A DNA stretch of 64,000 nucleotides from positions 1 through 64,000 of the forward strand of contig JBBRPR010000023.1 in assembly GCA_038227875.1 (NCBI GenBank). The letters run 5' to 3'. The position numbers and the translations under genes are program-made. The notes under the pieces were generated by a model. That model searched no databases. It was not told the origin of the DNA and saw nothing but the letters and a program-made list of their open reading frames with translations. Shown here piece after piece: positions 30,832 to 40,312 of the stretch. How positions within the stretch are numbered: position 1 is the first letter of the stretch; the number at the start of each line of letters is the position of its first letter. Source of the DNA: Planctomycetota bacterium. GTDB taxonomy: Bacteria; Planctomycetota; SZUA-567; H5-PLA8.

Positions 30832-32664
30832 ATGCGGACGCGACGATTCTCGATTCCACATCTTTTGAGTCTCCTGCTGCTCGCCTCGGCCTGCGCGGCT
30901 GCTTCGGATTCCAAGCCCGGCGCCGAAAAGCTCACCCTCTCCCGCGAACTCGTCGACTATCTCGCCAAGCCGGAAGAAGAGATCAACATCGGCATGGGCG
31001 CGCTGCTGATCTCGAAGGAGCAGTACCCGGAGCTCGACGTCAAAGCCAATCTCGACCAGGTCAACGCACTGGGCGAGAAGCTGTCCAAGGAGCTCACCAA
31101 GGCCGGCACGGTGACGAGCAAGCTCGACGCGCTGCGCACGGTGCTCTTCCGGCTCGAGAATTTTCAGCTGCCGCAGCACGATGACCCATCGGACTTTCTC
31201 CTCGGCGGCGTGCTGAAAAATAAGCGCGGCAATTGCCTCGGGCTCTCGGTGCTCTGCCTGGCCCTGGCCGAACGTGCGGGGCTGAAACTCTACGGCGTCC
31301 CGGTGCCCAGCCGGCTCAGCGGGGCGGGGCACCTACTCGTCCGATACGACGACGGCGCGGCGCGCGAGAATTTCGATCCGACCCGCGACGGCACCGCCTT
31401 TCCCGACGACTACTACAAGGAACTCTTCAAGCTTCGGCCGGAAGATCTGAAAGACGGCTACATCCTCGGCAACGCCAAGAAGAAGGACGTGCTCTGCCTG
31501 CTGCTGGTAAACCTCGGCGGCGCGCGCGTGGAATCCGATGCGCCGCTGACGGCGCTGCCGCTGCTCGAACAGGCCATCGCCATGAAACCCAACTACGCCT
31601 ACGCGTACAACAATCTCGGCGCGGCGCGGCTGCGGCTATGCGACCTCAACGGCGCGCAGGCCAATTACGCCAAGGCGCTGACGCTGCAACCCGGGCTGAC
31701 CGGCGCGCGCCTGGGCCTTGCCGACATTGCCATCCAGCGCGGCAAGGGCGAACTGGCGGAGAAGGACATCGACGCGGTCCTCGTCGAAGAGCCGGACAAT
31801 CTTCAAGCGAAGAGTTTGAAGGCCAGCCTCGCCGCCTCGCAAGGCCGCTTCGACGCGGCGATCCCGCTGCTGCGCGAAGTTGTGGCGGCCTCCGCGACGG
31901 ACGTCCGCGCGCGCTGCAACCTCGGCAAAATCGCGCTGCTCAGCGGCGATTTTGGTTCCGCCGAGAAGGCCTACCGCGACGCGCTGAGCATCGATGCCAA
32001 AAACGCCGACGCGCACTGCGGGCTGGGCACCGTCTACCGCGGCATCGCGCGCGCGGCCGACGCCGACGTGGAATTCGCGGCGGCGCTGAAGTCGGATTCC
32101 AATCATCCGGCGACACAGCTGGCGCAGGCACGCATCGCCATGGAAAACCGGAAGTTTGACGTCGCGGAGTCGCTCTGCGAGAGCGTCCTGCGCCGCCAGC
32201 CGTTCGATCTGGATGCGCTCCACACCCTGACCGAGGCGCTGCTGCAGGAGAAGAAATACCCCGACGCGGTGAAGCGCCTGAGCGCCGCGGTGAAGGCCAA
32301 TCCGGAAAACCTGGGCATCGTCAGCGCGCTGGCCGATGTTCACATCGACGCGCGCGAAATTCCGGAGGCCATCGCGGTGCTCCAGCCGATCGTCGATAAA
32401 GGTCCGATCGACGCGGTCCGTCCACTCGCGCAGCGGCTGGCAACCTGTTACGGCCGGCAGAGCGACCATCGGCGCGCTTATGATCTGGCCGACAAACTGT
32501 TGAAGAGCAAGTCCGATGATCTCGTCGCGCTGCGCATCGCGGCGAGCGCGTCCGAAGGGCTGCGCAACGGGCCGAAAGCGATCGAATTCTACAAGCAGAT
32601 CGTGAAGCTGATCCCCGACGATCCAAAAGCCACGAAGGCGCTGGAACGTCTCGGCGCAAAGTAA
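30832..32664 (+). CDS. SirB1/transglutaminase-like domain plus TPR protein, exported
   Basis: Signal peptide, RGNCLGLSVL...GHLLVRY...FDP triad, many TPRs. Confidence 0.85.
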   Translation: MRTRRFSIPHLLSLLLLASACAAASDSKPGAEKLTLSRELVDYLAKPEEEINIGMGALLISKEQYPELDVKANLDQVNALGEKLSKELTKAGTVTSKLDALRTVLFRLENFQLPQHDDPSDFLLGGVLKNKRGNCLGLSVLCLALAERAGLKLYGVPVPSRLSGAGHLLVRYDDGAARENFDPTRDGTAFPDDYYKELFKLRPEDLKDGYILGNAKKKDVLCLLLVNLGGARVESDAPLTALPLLEQAIAMKPNYAYAYNNLGAARLRLCDLNGAQANYAKALTLQPGLTGARLGLADIAIQRGKGELAEKDIDAVLVEEPDNLQAKSLKASLAASQGRFDAAIPLLREVVAASATDVRARCNLGKIALLSGDFGSAEKAYRDALSIDAKNADAHCGLGTVYRGIARAADADVEFAAALKSDSNHPATQLAQARIAMENRKFDVAESLCESVLRRQPFDLDALHTLTEALLQEKKYPDAVKRLSAAVKANPENLGIVSALADVHIDAREIPEAIAVLQPIVDKGPIDAVRPLAQRLATCYGRQSDHRRAYDLADKLLKSKSDDLVALRIAASASEGLRNGPKAIEFYKQIVKLIPDDPKATKALERLGAK

Positions 32665-32691
32665 AGGTACTCAAACCAAGGAGAGTAGCAC

Positions 32692-33207
32692 ATGGCAAGC
32701 AAAGGTCTGGCCGTCGTTCTGGCCGAGAACATCTATGAAAATCTGGAGCTCCATTATCCGCGGCTGCGCCTGATTGAGGCCGGCTACGACGTCAAAGTCG
32801 TCGCTCCGAAAAAAGGCGCGACCTACACGTCGAAGGAAGGCTACCCCGTCGAGTCCGATCTGGCGCTCGGCGACGTCGACGTGAAGGCGATCAAGATCCT
32901 GATCATCCCGGGCGGCTACGCGCCAGACAAGCTCCGCCGCTACCCGGCCTGCAATGCGCTGGTCTCCGGCGCGGTGCAGAACGGCGCGATCGTCGGCTTC
33001 ATCTGCCATGGCGGCTGGGTGCCGATCAGCGCGAAGATCGTGAAGGGCAAGCGCCTGACCAGCGTCGGCGCGATCCGCGACGATCTCGAGAACGCCGGCG
33101 GCATCTGGGTCGATGAACCCGTCGTCGTCGACGGCCGCATGGTCACCGCGCAAGTACCGAAGGACCTGCCGGCAATGATGCAGGCGATTCTGCAAATCGC
33201 CGGATAG
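32692..33207 (+). CDS. PfpI/DJ-1 family protein
   Basis: ENLELHYP, PGGYAPDKLR, ICHG, VVVDG. Confidence 0.92.
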   Translation: MASKGLAVVLAENIYENLELHYPRLRLIEAGYDVKVVAPKKGATYTSKEGYPVESDLALGDVDVKAIKILIIPGGYAPDKLRRYPACNALVSGAVQNGAIVGFICHGGWVPISAKIVKGKRLTSVGAIRDDLENAGGIWVDEPVVVDGRMVTAQVPKDLPAMMQAILQIAG

Positions 33208-33213
33208 TAAAAC

Positions 33214-33242
33214 GCGGAGCTCCGATTTCGTCGGAGCTCCGC
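33214..33242. terminator. Hairpin between convergent genes
   Basis: gcggagctccga-tttcg-tcggagctccgc, perfect 12-bp stem. Confidence 0.65.
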
Positions 33243-33269
33243 ATCGAGTTCTGGGAACCAAGTCCTCCG

Positions 33270-34679
33270 CTACAGCCGTTCCGCCGCCAGTTCTGCCAGC
33301 GCGCTGCGTTCGGATTTGTGCAGCGTGATGTGACCGTAGAGCGAGGAGTTCTTCAGCCGCTCGACGCAGTACGTCAGTCCGTTGGAACTCGCGTCGAGGT
33401 ACGGGTTGTCGATCTGCTGCGGGTCGCCGGTCAGGATCATCTTGGTGCCTTCGCCAACGCGGCTGATGATCGTCTTCACTTCGTGCGGCGTCAGATTCTG
33501 CGCTTCGTCGACGATCACGAACATGTTGGCGATGCTGCGCCCGCGGATGTAAGTCAGCGCTTCCAGTTCCATCAAGTCCTGATCGAAGAGCTGTTCGCGC
33601 GTAATCGGGCTGGGCGTGCTGCGGCCGTGCAGGAGGTACTTCAAGTTGTCGAAGATCGGGCCCATCCAGGCCGTCAGCTTTTCGTCCTTGCTGCCGGGAA
33701 GGTAACCGATGTCACGGCCCAGCGGCATGATCGGCCGGGAGACGAGCATCTTCTCGTAGCGTTTGTCACGGACGACGCGGTGCAGGCCGGCGGCAATGGC
33801 CAGCAGTGTTTTGCCGGTGCCGGCGCGGCCGACGAGCGTGACGAGCTGGACCTGGTCATCCATCAAAAGTTCAAACGCCATGCGTTGCGTCGCGCTGCGC
33901 GGTGCGATATTCCAGGCGCGGTCGTACTCGGGCGTGAGCGGGATCAGTTCGTTGCCGACCAGATCGGTGCGGGCCAGCGCCGTGTGCTTGGCGTTGGTCT
34001 CGTCCTTCAACAGCACGAACTCGTTGGGCGCCAGCGGCGAACCGGGAATCTTGGCAGGGAGGGGGATCGACTTGTTGTTGTAGAATTTATTGACGTCGGC
34101 AGCCGCAACCTGAACTTCGCGCCAGCCTTGATAGAGGCTGTCGAAGTCGACCTTCTGCTGCTCGAAGTCCATCACGCGCAGACCCAGGGCGTCGGCCTTG
34201 ACGCGCGCGTTGATATCCTTGGAGACGAAGATGACGCGCTGGCCCTTGCGCAGCAGCGAGAGCGCCACGGAGATGATCTGGTTGTCGGCCGCGTCGGGTT
34301 TCAGGCCGGCCATCACCAGGTGTTCGCGGACTTCCTGCTGGAGGACGACCTGGAGCACGCCACCGTTTTCCATCGGCACGCCGTCGCCGAGTGAACCGGC
34401 TTCGCGGTGGCGGTCGATGGTGCGGATGGCCTCGCGGGCATTGCGGCCGAGTTCGTCGTTGCTGCGCTTGAAGCGATCGAGTTCCTCGATCACCGCCAGC
34501 GCCAGGACGACGCGGTTGTCCTTGAACGAGAACAATGACGTGGGGTTGTGCAAGAGGACGTTGGTGTCGAGAACAAACGTCTTGATGCCGTCGCCTTGAT
34601 CACTGAGTACGAATTGATCGGCGCTTGGAGCCTTCATCGATGAATTGGAACGACCTGCCGGAGCTGCCTCGTTGGGCAT
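33270..34679 (-). CDS. PIN-PhoH (PhoH2/YlaK-like) protein
   Basis: VLDTNVLLH PIN domain, GRAGTGKT, IGYLPG, YIRGRS, DEAQN. Confidence 0.93.
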   Translation of the reverse strand: MPNEAAPAGRSNSSMKAPSADQFVLSDQGDGIKTFVLDTNVLLHNPTSLFSFKDNRVVLALAVIEELDRFKRSNDELGRNAREAIRTIDRHREAGSLGDGVPMENGGVLQVVLQQEVREHLVMAGLKPDAADNQIISVALSLLRKGQRVIFVSKDINARVKADALGLRVMDFEQQKVDFDSLYQGWREVQVAAADVNKFYNNKSIPLPAKIPGSPLAPNEFVLLKDETNAKHTALARTDLVGNELIPLTPEYDRAWNIAPRSATQRMAFELLMDDQVQLVTLVGRAGTGKTLLAIAAGLHRVVRDKRYEKMLVSRPIMPLGRDIGYLPGSKDEKLTAWMGPIFDNLKYLLHGRSTPSPITREQLFDQDLMELEALTYIRGRSIANMFVIVDEAQNLTPHEVKTIISRVGEGTKMILTGDPQQIDNPYLDASSNGLTYCVERLKNSSLYGHITLHKSERSALAELAAERL

Positions 34680-34850
34680 TCAGAACCTCCAAGCTCCCCC
34701 ATTCACTGCAGTACTTCAAGAACCACGATGGACCTGTTCTACCGAAAGCGCTCCGACTATCCACTAACTCTCGGCAACTCTCTTGGAATCTTTATGATCA
34801 TGAGCAATTTATTTTCAGAACACTTCGACTTCGCTGCCTCTCCAACCGTG

Positions 34851-36047
34851 TCAAGAGGGAGAAGAGACGCGCGGCCACTGGCCGCTCATCGAGACTTCGC
34901 TGTAGCGCTTGAGCATCACTGTGCCCAGGCGGCCGGCGGGTTCGAAGCCGGTGGCGACAGAGTACTTCAACGCCGCCAGCCGCGGGAATTTCTGGATCAT
35001 GGGCAGTCCGGCGTCGCCGTCCTTCAAGGCCAAGCGGACGGTTCCACAGAGCGTCCCGGCCGCCAACGCAACGCCGAGCACGGGCGAAACCGAGAGCATG
35101 TCGCCGGTGAAGAGCTTGGTGCAGACGGCGGCCATGTCCGTGGTGCGCAGCAGGTGGACGCGCTCGTTGCCGGGAAGCAGGTTCGGGCCGGAAACGAAGT
35201 TGACCGTCTCTTCCGGGCTCGTGCCGACGCTGATGGGATCGCCGGGGTCCTGGATGTCGAGCGGGAAGAAATTGATGCCTTCAATTTCCGCATAAATACG
35301 TGCGTGGCGCGCCCGAGCGGACTGGTCGCTCTCCAGCATCAGCATCGCCGCGCCTTCGCCGGGAATCGTGCCGTTGTCCCATTTTCCCGTGAGACTGAGT
35401 TGATGCGTAGCCAGCAGGTGCCGGTGCGCGGCGGGCACCAGGCTTTCGCTGGCGCCGGCGAGCATGAAACGCGCGGAGCCCGATGCAATCTGGTCGGCGG
35501 CGAACATCACCGCTTCCAGTCCCGCCAGCTTTTCGCCGGAGAACGTGGCCGCGGCGCCGTGCAGTCCATACTCGATGCACATCAGCGAGGACGGGCTGTT
35601 GGCGTAGCCGTGGGTGAAGGGCAACGGCGGAGCGAATTTCGGGTTCGACGACTTTACCTTGTTCCAGAAAATGCCCATCGCTTCAAGGCAGCCGAGCGTC
35701 GAACCATACGCGCAGCCGATTTCGTTACTTTCGCCGGCCGGGCGTGCTTCACGTTCGAGCAGCTTGGCGTCGGCGAGCGCGTGCTTGGCCGCGACGAGCG
35801 CCAAGGCGCTGGTCCGGTCGACGAAGCTCTTGACGTTGGGCAATTCCTGTTCGAGGTTGACGTCGAGCGCTTCGTAGCCCCAGGTCGGCTGGCCTTCGGA
35901 GATTTCGAAGCCGGTGATTTCCGGCGGTGTGGCCGGTGGAGCGGAAATGCGGCCGGCCAGCGCGTCACTGAGAATCGGCGACGCGACGTACCCGATGCCG
36001 GTGATGACCACTCGATTCGTTGGCGTAGCGATAAGGCTGATCCTCAC
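34851..36047 (-). CDS. Beta-ketoacyl synthase-like protein without catalytic Cys (chain-length-factor-like)
   Basis: RVVITGIG, ANSPSS, PGEGAAMLMLE, AEIEG. The usual TAC site reads SGEKLAG. Start uncertain. Confidence 0.75.
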   Translation of the reverse strand: MRISLIATPTNRVVITGIGYVASPILSDALAGRISAPPATPPEITGFEISEGQPTWGYEALDVNLEQELPNVKSFVDRTSALALVAAKHALADAKLLEREARPAGESNEIGCAYGSTLGCLEAMGIFWNKVKSSNPKFAPPLPFTHGYANSPSSLMCIEYGLHGAAATFSGEKLAGLEAVMFAADQIASGSARFMLAGASESLVPAAHRHLLATHQLSLTGKWDNGTIPGEGAAMLMLESDQSARARHARIYAEIEGINFFPLDIQDPGDPISVGTSPEETVNFVSGPNLLPGNERVHLLRTTDMAAVCTKLFTGDMLSVSPVLGVALAAGTLCGTVRLALKDGDAGLPMIQKFPRLAALKYSVATGFEPAGRLGTVMLKRYSEVSMSGQWPRVSSPS

Positions 36048-36173
36048 GCTGTCATGAACATCATGAGCGGAACGATAGTAACACGGACGGCCGAAATTTT
36101 CCGCACCAAACATTTCGCGGCCGGTGCGATTTTGACGGCGGCTGTGTACTTCACCGCAGCTTCACGAATCGAC

Positions 36174-37526
36174 TTACTTGAAGAGGTTCTTAAAGAATGC
36201 GCCGATCTTTCCAAAGAACGACGCCGGCGGCGCGGGTTCCTCGGGTTGCGTGGAGACGAAGGCCGACGTCTTCGGCCGTGGCGCGTACGATTTGGATTGT
36301 GGCCGGGCCGATTCCGGTTGCGTGGGCGCGGCCGCGGCGCTGGGCGGGCGGGCTCCCGACGGCGGGGGCGGCACCCAGAATTCGCTGCGCCGGTCGTTGA
36401 GTTCCGCGTCCGTCGACGCGACTTGCGCGACCGGGCGTACGTCGGCGTAGGGTTCCGGCAGCGTCGGCAGAATCTGGTCGATCTCCGCGATCAGTTCTTC
36501 GAACGACTGCTGGCGGTCTTCGGGGTTGATCGACATCATGCGCAGGACCAGCAATGCGGAGCCTTCGCTGATCTCCGGCAGGATGTCGCGCGGGTCGGGG
36601 CGGGGGGCCTGCGCCTGGCGGAACATGACTTCGGTGAACTCTTCGTGAAAGAACGGCACCGAACCAGTGAGCATGTGAAAGACCGTGCAGCCCAGCGAAT
36701 ACAGATCGGTACGCGAATCCAAGTCGCGGGTGCCGCGCGCCTGTTCGGGCGAGATGTAAAACGGCGTGCCGACCGTCGTGCCTTCCAGCGTCAGGCCGCT
36801 GGTGTCGTTGTCGGCTTTGGAGAGGCCCATGTCGATGATCTTGATGCGGCCGTCGTCGCTGCACAGAATGTTGTCGGGCTTGATGTCGCGGTGCACGACG
36901 CCATTGGCCGCGGCGAAGGCCAGCCCCTTGGCCACTTCGCGGGCCGTGCGCCAGGCGACCTTCTCAGGCAGGTTGCCTTCGCGCTCCAGACGTTCGCCCA
37001 GTGACATGCCTTCGATGAATTCAATCGCCATCAGCGGGTTACCGTCGACTTCACCGGCGCCGTAGACGGTGGCGATGTTGGGATGGTTGAGCTTGCCGGC
37101 GAGAATGATTTCGCGGCGGAAACGTTCGGCCCACTGCGGATCGCTGGTCATGCTGCGCGGCAGCACTTTCAGGACCACGATGCGATTCATGATCGTGTCG
37201 CGGGCTTTGAAGACGCGCGCACGGTCTTTCTCCGAGAGCACGCGCAGGATTTCGTACTGGCCGAATTTCTTTGTCGCTTTTTCCGGAGCGGGCGCCGGCT
37301 TGGCTTCCTCGCGCTGCGTCAATTCCTGGCGCAGGCTCTTGAGCTGCGGCAACGTGATGTATTTTCGTTCCAGCAGTGTCTGTCCGACCGGCAACGAAAT
37401 ACCGGCGCGGCGCATCTGCTTCTGCAACGAGCTGACCGACTCGACCTGTTCGGGCGTGAGCATGCCCATCTTCACGCCCAGTTCGAGCATGTTGGCAGTA
37501 TCGCCTACTTCTTTCTTATCCGACAT
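36174..37526 (-). CDS. Cytoplasmic Ser/Thr protein kinase with degenerate Gly-loop
   Basis: VVLK, HRDIKPDN, DMG, GTPFYISPEQ. The Gly-loop position reads LSEKDRARV. Confidence 0.9.
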   Translation of the reverse strand: MSDKKEVGDTANMLELGVKMGMLTPEQVESVSSLQKQMRRAGISLPVGQTLLERKYITLPQLKSLRQELTQREEAKPAPAPEKATKKFGQYEILRVLSEKDRARVFKARDTIMNRIVVLKVLPRSMTSDPQWAERFRREIILAGKLNHPNIATVYGAGEVDGNPLMAIEFIEGMSLGERLEREGNLPEKVAWRTAREVAKGLAFAAANGVVHRDIKPDNILCSDDGRIKIIDMGLSKADNDTSGLTLEGTTVGTPFYISPEQARGTRDLDSRTDLYSLGCTVFHMLTGSVPFFHEEFTEVMFRQAQAPRPDPRDILPEISEGSALLVLRMMSINPEDRQQSFEELIAEIDQILPTLPEPYADVRPVAQVASTDAELNDRRSEFWVPPPPSGARPPSAAAAPTQPESARPQSKSYAPRPKTSAFVSTQPEEPAPPASFFGKIGAFFKNLFK

Positions 37527-37533
37527 GTTGTGC

Positions 37534-38106
37534 TCAGACGTGAATCGTCCGATCCTCAGTCAGTATGCAGTTCACCGATATATCGTATGCGTCAATCAGT
37601 ATAGCATCCACGATTTGGCATTCAAAGGCCAGCGCGCAAACTGGCGCATGAATTTCAGGCCTGGCCAGGAAGCGATCGTAGTAGCCAGCGCCCCTTCCCA
37701 GGCGGTTGCCTTGCAGGTCAAAGCCCAGACCGGGAACAATGAGCAGGTCAATGTGCTCAACCGAAATAACTGGAAGCCCCGTACGGGGTTCGCGAAACCC
37801 CAGAGGATTTGACTCCAGGTCATGCTGCAGCTCAGTCACGGCGTGCAGGGTCATGCTTAAATCACGCGGATCAATTCTGGGCAGCCCCAGTTGCTTCCCA
37901 TCCTTCAGGATGACGGCGAGAAGCTCGGGGGTTGGAAATTCGATTCCGAAAGAAAAGTACGCCGCGACGGCCTTTGCGTTGGCGTACATCGGTTCGGCCA
38001 GCAGCCGCGCGAGTGCCCGTCGGCTGAAGGCCTCGCGATCGGCCGCGGACAATGCTTTCAGTTTTCGAGAGACATCGCGGCGCTGGACGCTTTTGGAATC
38101 TGCCAT
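37534..38106 (-). CDS. ygfA: 5-formyltetrahydrofolate cyclo-ligase
   Basis: IVPGLGFDLQGNRLGRGAGYYDRFL. Confidence 0.93.
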   Translation of the reverse strand: MADSKSVQRRDVSRKLKALSAADREAFSRRALARLLAEPMYANAKAVAAYFSFGIEFPTPELLAVILKDGKQLGLPRIDPRDLSMTLHAVTELQHDLESNPLGFREPRTGLPVISVEHIDLLIVPGLGFDLQGNRLGRGAGYYDRFLARPEIHAPVCALAFECQIVDAILIDAYDISVNCILTEDRTIHV

Positions 38107-38128
38107 GGCAGCTCCGCAGAATACTTTT

Positions 38129-40300
38129 TTAAACGCGCAGCGTGGCCTTGAACTGCTCCAGAATCGCGTGCTGGAATTTGGTGTGAGCCACTTCGACTTC
38201 GTCGTCGGTCAAGGTGCGGTTGGCCGCGCGGTACTGGATCGAGAACGCGACCGACTTCTTCCCTGCGCCGATTTTGTCGCCGCGGAAGACGGAGAGGAAC
38301 TTCGGCGCTTCGTTGGGATCGCGGAGCGGCTCGTGCTTCTGCCAGGTGTGTGCGAACGCTGCGACATCCTGCCATGCCACCGATTCGTCGAGCACCAGCG
38401 CGATGTCGCGGACGATTTCCGGGTACGCGGGCAGCGGACTGTAGCGCCGCGGCGCGGAGGGCAGTTGCGCCAGCGCGCGCAGATCGAGCTCCGCGTACGC
38501 GACGGGCTTGCGCAGTGCGAACGCATCCTGCAGCGCAGTGGAGACCAGGCCGATCCAGCCGATGGCGTCTTCGGCGCGCTCGTCGCCGACCATTTCGCGC
38601 ACGCGCAGAATCTTGCAGGCGTAGCCGGCCTTCAGGAACGACGGTGCTGCGACGACCGGATGCAGTTTGATGTGCGCACCGTCAAGCTCCAAGCCTTCGG
38701 TGAAGCGCTGCAGTGTGTCGGCGAGCGCCTGAAAGCCGCGGTCGTCGAGCAGACCCAGCGCCAGCTTCTCGTCTGGACGCGTGTCCTCACCGGCGATGTA
38801 GACGCGCCCAATTTCGAAGACGCGCACTTCGCCGGTGCGTTGGTTCTGGTTGTGTGCGCGGACGGACAGCAGCGAGGGCAGCAGCGCGTTGCGCAGCGCC
38901 GAATGGTCTTCGCGCAGGACGCTGGCTCGGTCGAGCAACAAGGGCTTGTCGTTCGTCCAGACGCCGCCGGCGTTGGGCCATTTCGGATCGATCAGGCTGT
39001 CGGACGTGACTTCGAAATACCCCAGCGCGGTCAACTGCGTGCGCAGGGTCGAGGAGACGGTTTCGATCGACGACCGGACGGGCACGCGGGCGCTCATCGA
39101 GGTCATCGCGGGAACGTGGTTGTAGCCGTGCAGTCGCGCGACTTCTTCGATCAGATCGATTTCGCGTTCGAGATCGCCGCGCCGCCACGAGGGGATGCGG
39201 ACATGAACGTCATGGGCGCCTTCGGCGACGATGGTGCAACCGATCGAGCCGAGAATGTTCATCGTGGTCTGCTTGGGAATCGGTGCGCCGAAGACGCGCT
39301 GCAATTCAGTCAGGCGCAGCAGGACGGTTTTGCGTGCGCGGGGCGCGGGCCAGACGTCGATCACTCCCGGAGCGACCGTGCCGCCGGCGATCTGGACGAT
39401 CAGCCGCGCCGCGCGGGCGGAAGCGTTCTCGACGTTCTCGACATCGACGCCGCGTTCGAAACGGTAGCTGGAATCGGTGCCTTTGCCTTCCATCACTTTC
39501 AAGCGGCGGACCGTGCGGCGCGTGTTGGCCGGATCGAAGTACGCCGCTTCGAGCAGAATGTCGACGGTGTCCGGCATCACTTCCGAACCCTTGCCGCCGA
39601 GCACTCCGGCGACCGCGCGCGGGCGTTCGGCGTCGGCGATGACCAGCGTCTCGGAGGTCAGCGCGGGAATTTCGCCGTACAGCGGCGTGAACGCTTCCTT
39701 GTCCTGCGCGCGGCGCACGATGATCTTCTGGCCGCTGAGGCCCTTCAAATCGAACGCGTGAAGCGGCTGATTGAGCTCGAAGCAGATGAAGTTCGTGACG
39801 TCGACGATGTTGTTGCGCGGCTGCAGTCCGATCCACTTCAGCCGTTCCTGGAGCCACTCCGGCGACGGCCCGACTTTCACGCCGCGGATCACGCGGGCCG
39901 TGTAGCGCGGGCAGAGTTTCGGTTCGAGCACTTCGACAGCGGCCTGCTTGCTGGCCAGATCTCCGGTTTCGAACTCGGCGCAGTCGGCGGGCGGGACTTT
40001 GACTTCCACCTGCATAATCGAAGCGACTTCGCGCGCCAGCCCGAGGATGCATTGGCCGTCGGGCCGGTTGGAGAGGACGTCGAGTTCCAGCACCGCGCTG
40101 AGGCCCGAACCGTGGACGCCGTCGCAGGCGAATCCGGCAAAGGTCATCAGGCGACCGAGGGTCTGTGCGGTGTCGGCGGCCGGTTCGATCTCCCAGCGCA
40201 AACACGCTTCCGCCAGCGCGTGCTCCCACTCCGCGGCGTGTTCAGCGCCCTGCAGGTGCTCGGGAAGATAGTCCATCAGCCATGCGATCGGAAGCTTCAT
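38129..40300 (-). CDS. pheT: Phenylalanine-tRNA ligase beta subunit
   Basis: NRPD, NNIVDVTN, QPLHAFD, SYRFERG, DLIEEVARLHGY, C-terminal FDX anticodon domain. Confidence 0.97.
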   Translation of the reverse strand: MKLPIAWLMDYLPEHLQGAEHAAEWEHALAEACLRWEIEPAADTAQTLGRLMTFAGFACDGVHGSGLSAVLELDVLSNRPDGQCILGLAREVASIMQVEVKVPPADCAEFETGDLASKQAAVEVLEPKLCPRYTARVIRGVKVGPSPEWLQERLKWIGLQPRNNIVDVTNFICFELNQPLHAFDLKGLSGQKIIVRRAQDKEAFTPLYGEIPALTSETLVIADAERPRAVAGVLGGKGSEVMPDTVDILLEAAYFDPANTRRTVRRLKVMEGKGTDSSYRFERGVDVENVENASARAARLIVQIAGGTVAPGVIDVWPAPRARKTVLLRLTELQRVFGAPIPKQTTMNILGSIGCTIVAEGAHDVHVRIPSWRRGDLEREIDLIEEVARLHGYNHVPAMTSMSARVPVRSSIETVSSTLRTQLTALGYFEVTSDSLIDPKWPNAGGVWTNDKPLLLDRASVLREDHSALRNALLPSLLSVRAHNQNQRTGEVRVFEIGRVYIAGEDTRPDEKLALGLLDDRGFQALADTLQRFTEGLELDGAHIKLHPVVAAPSFLKAGYACKILRVREMVGDERAEDAIGWIGLVSTALQDAFALRKPVAYAELDLRALAQLPSAPRRYSPLPAYPEIVRDIALVLDESVAWQDVAAFAHTWQKHEPLRDPNEAPKFLSVFRGDKIGAGKKSVAFSIQYRAANRTLTDDEVEVAHTKFQHAILEQFKATLRV

Positions 40301-40312
40301 GCGACCCCTTAC

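Noticed and set aside
34728..37004. 758-aa plus-strand ORF
   Set aside because: Antisense to the KS-like and kinase genes, with no motifs.
38107..38128. 6S RNA, often upstream of ygfA
   Set aside because: Only 22 bp separate pheT and ygfA.
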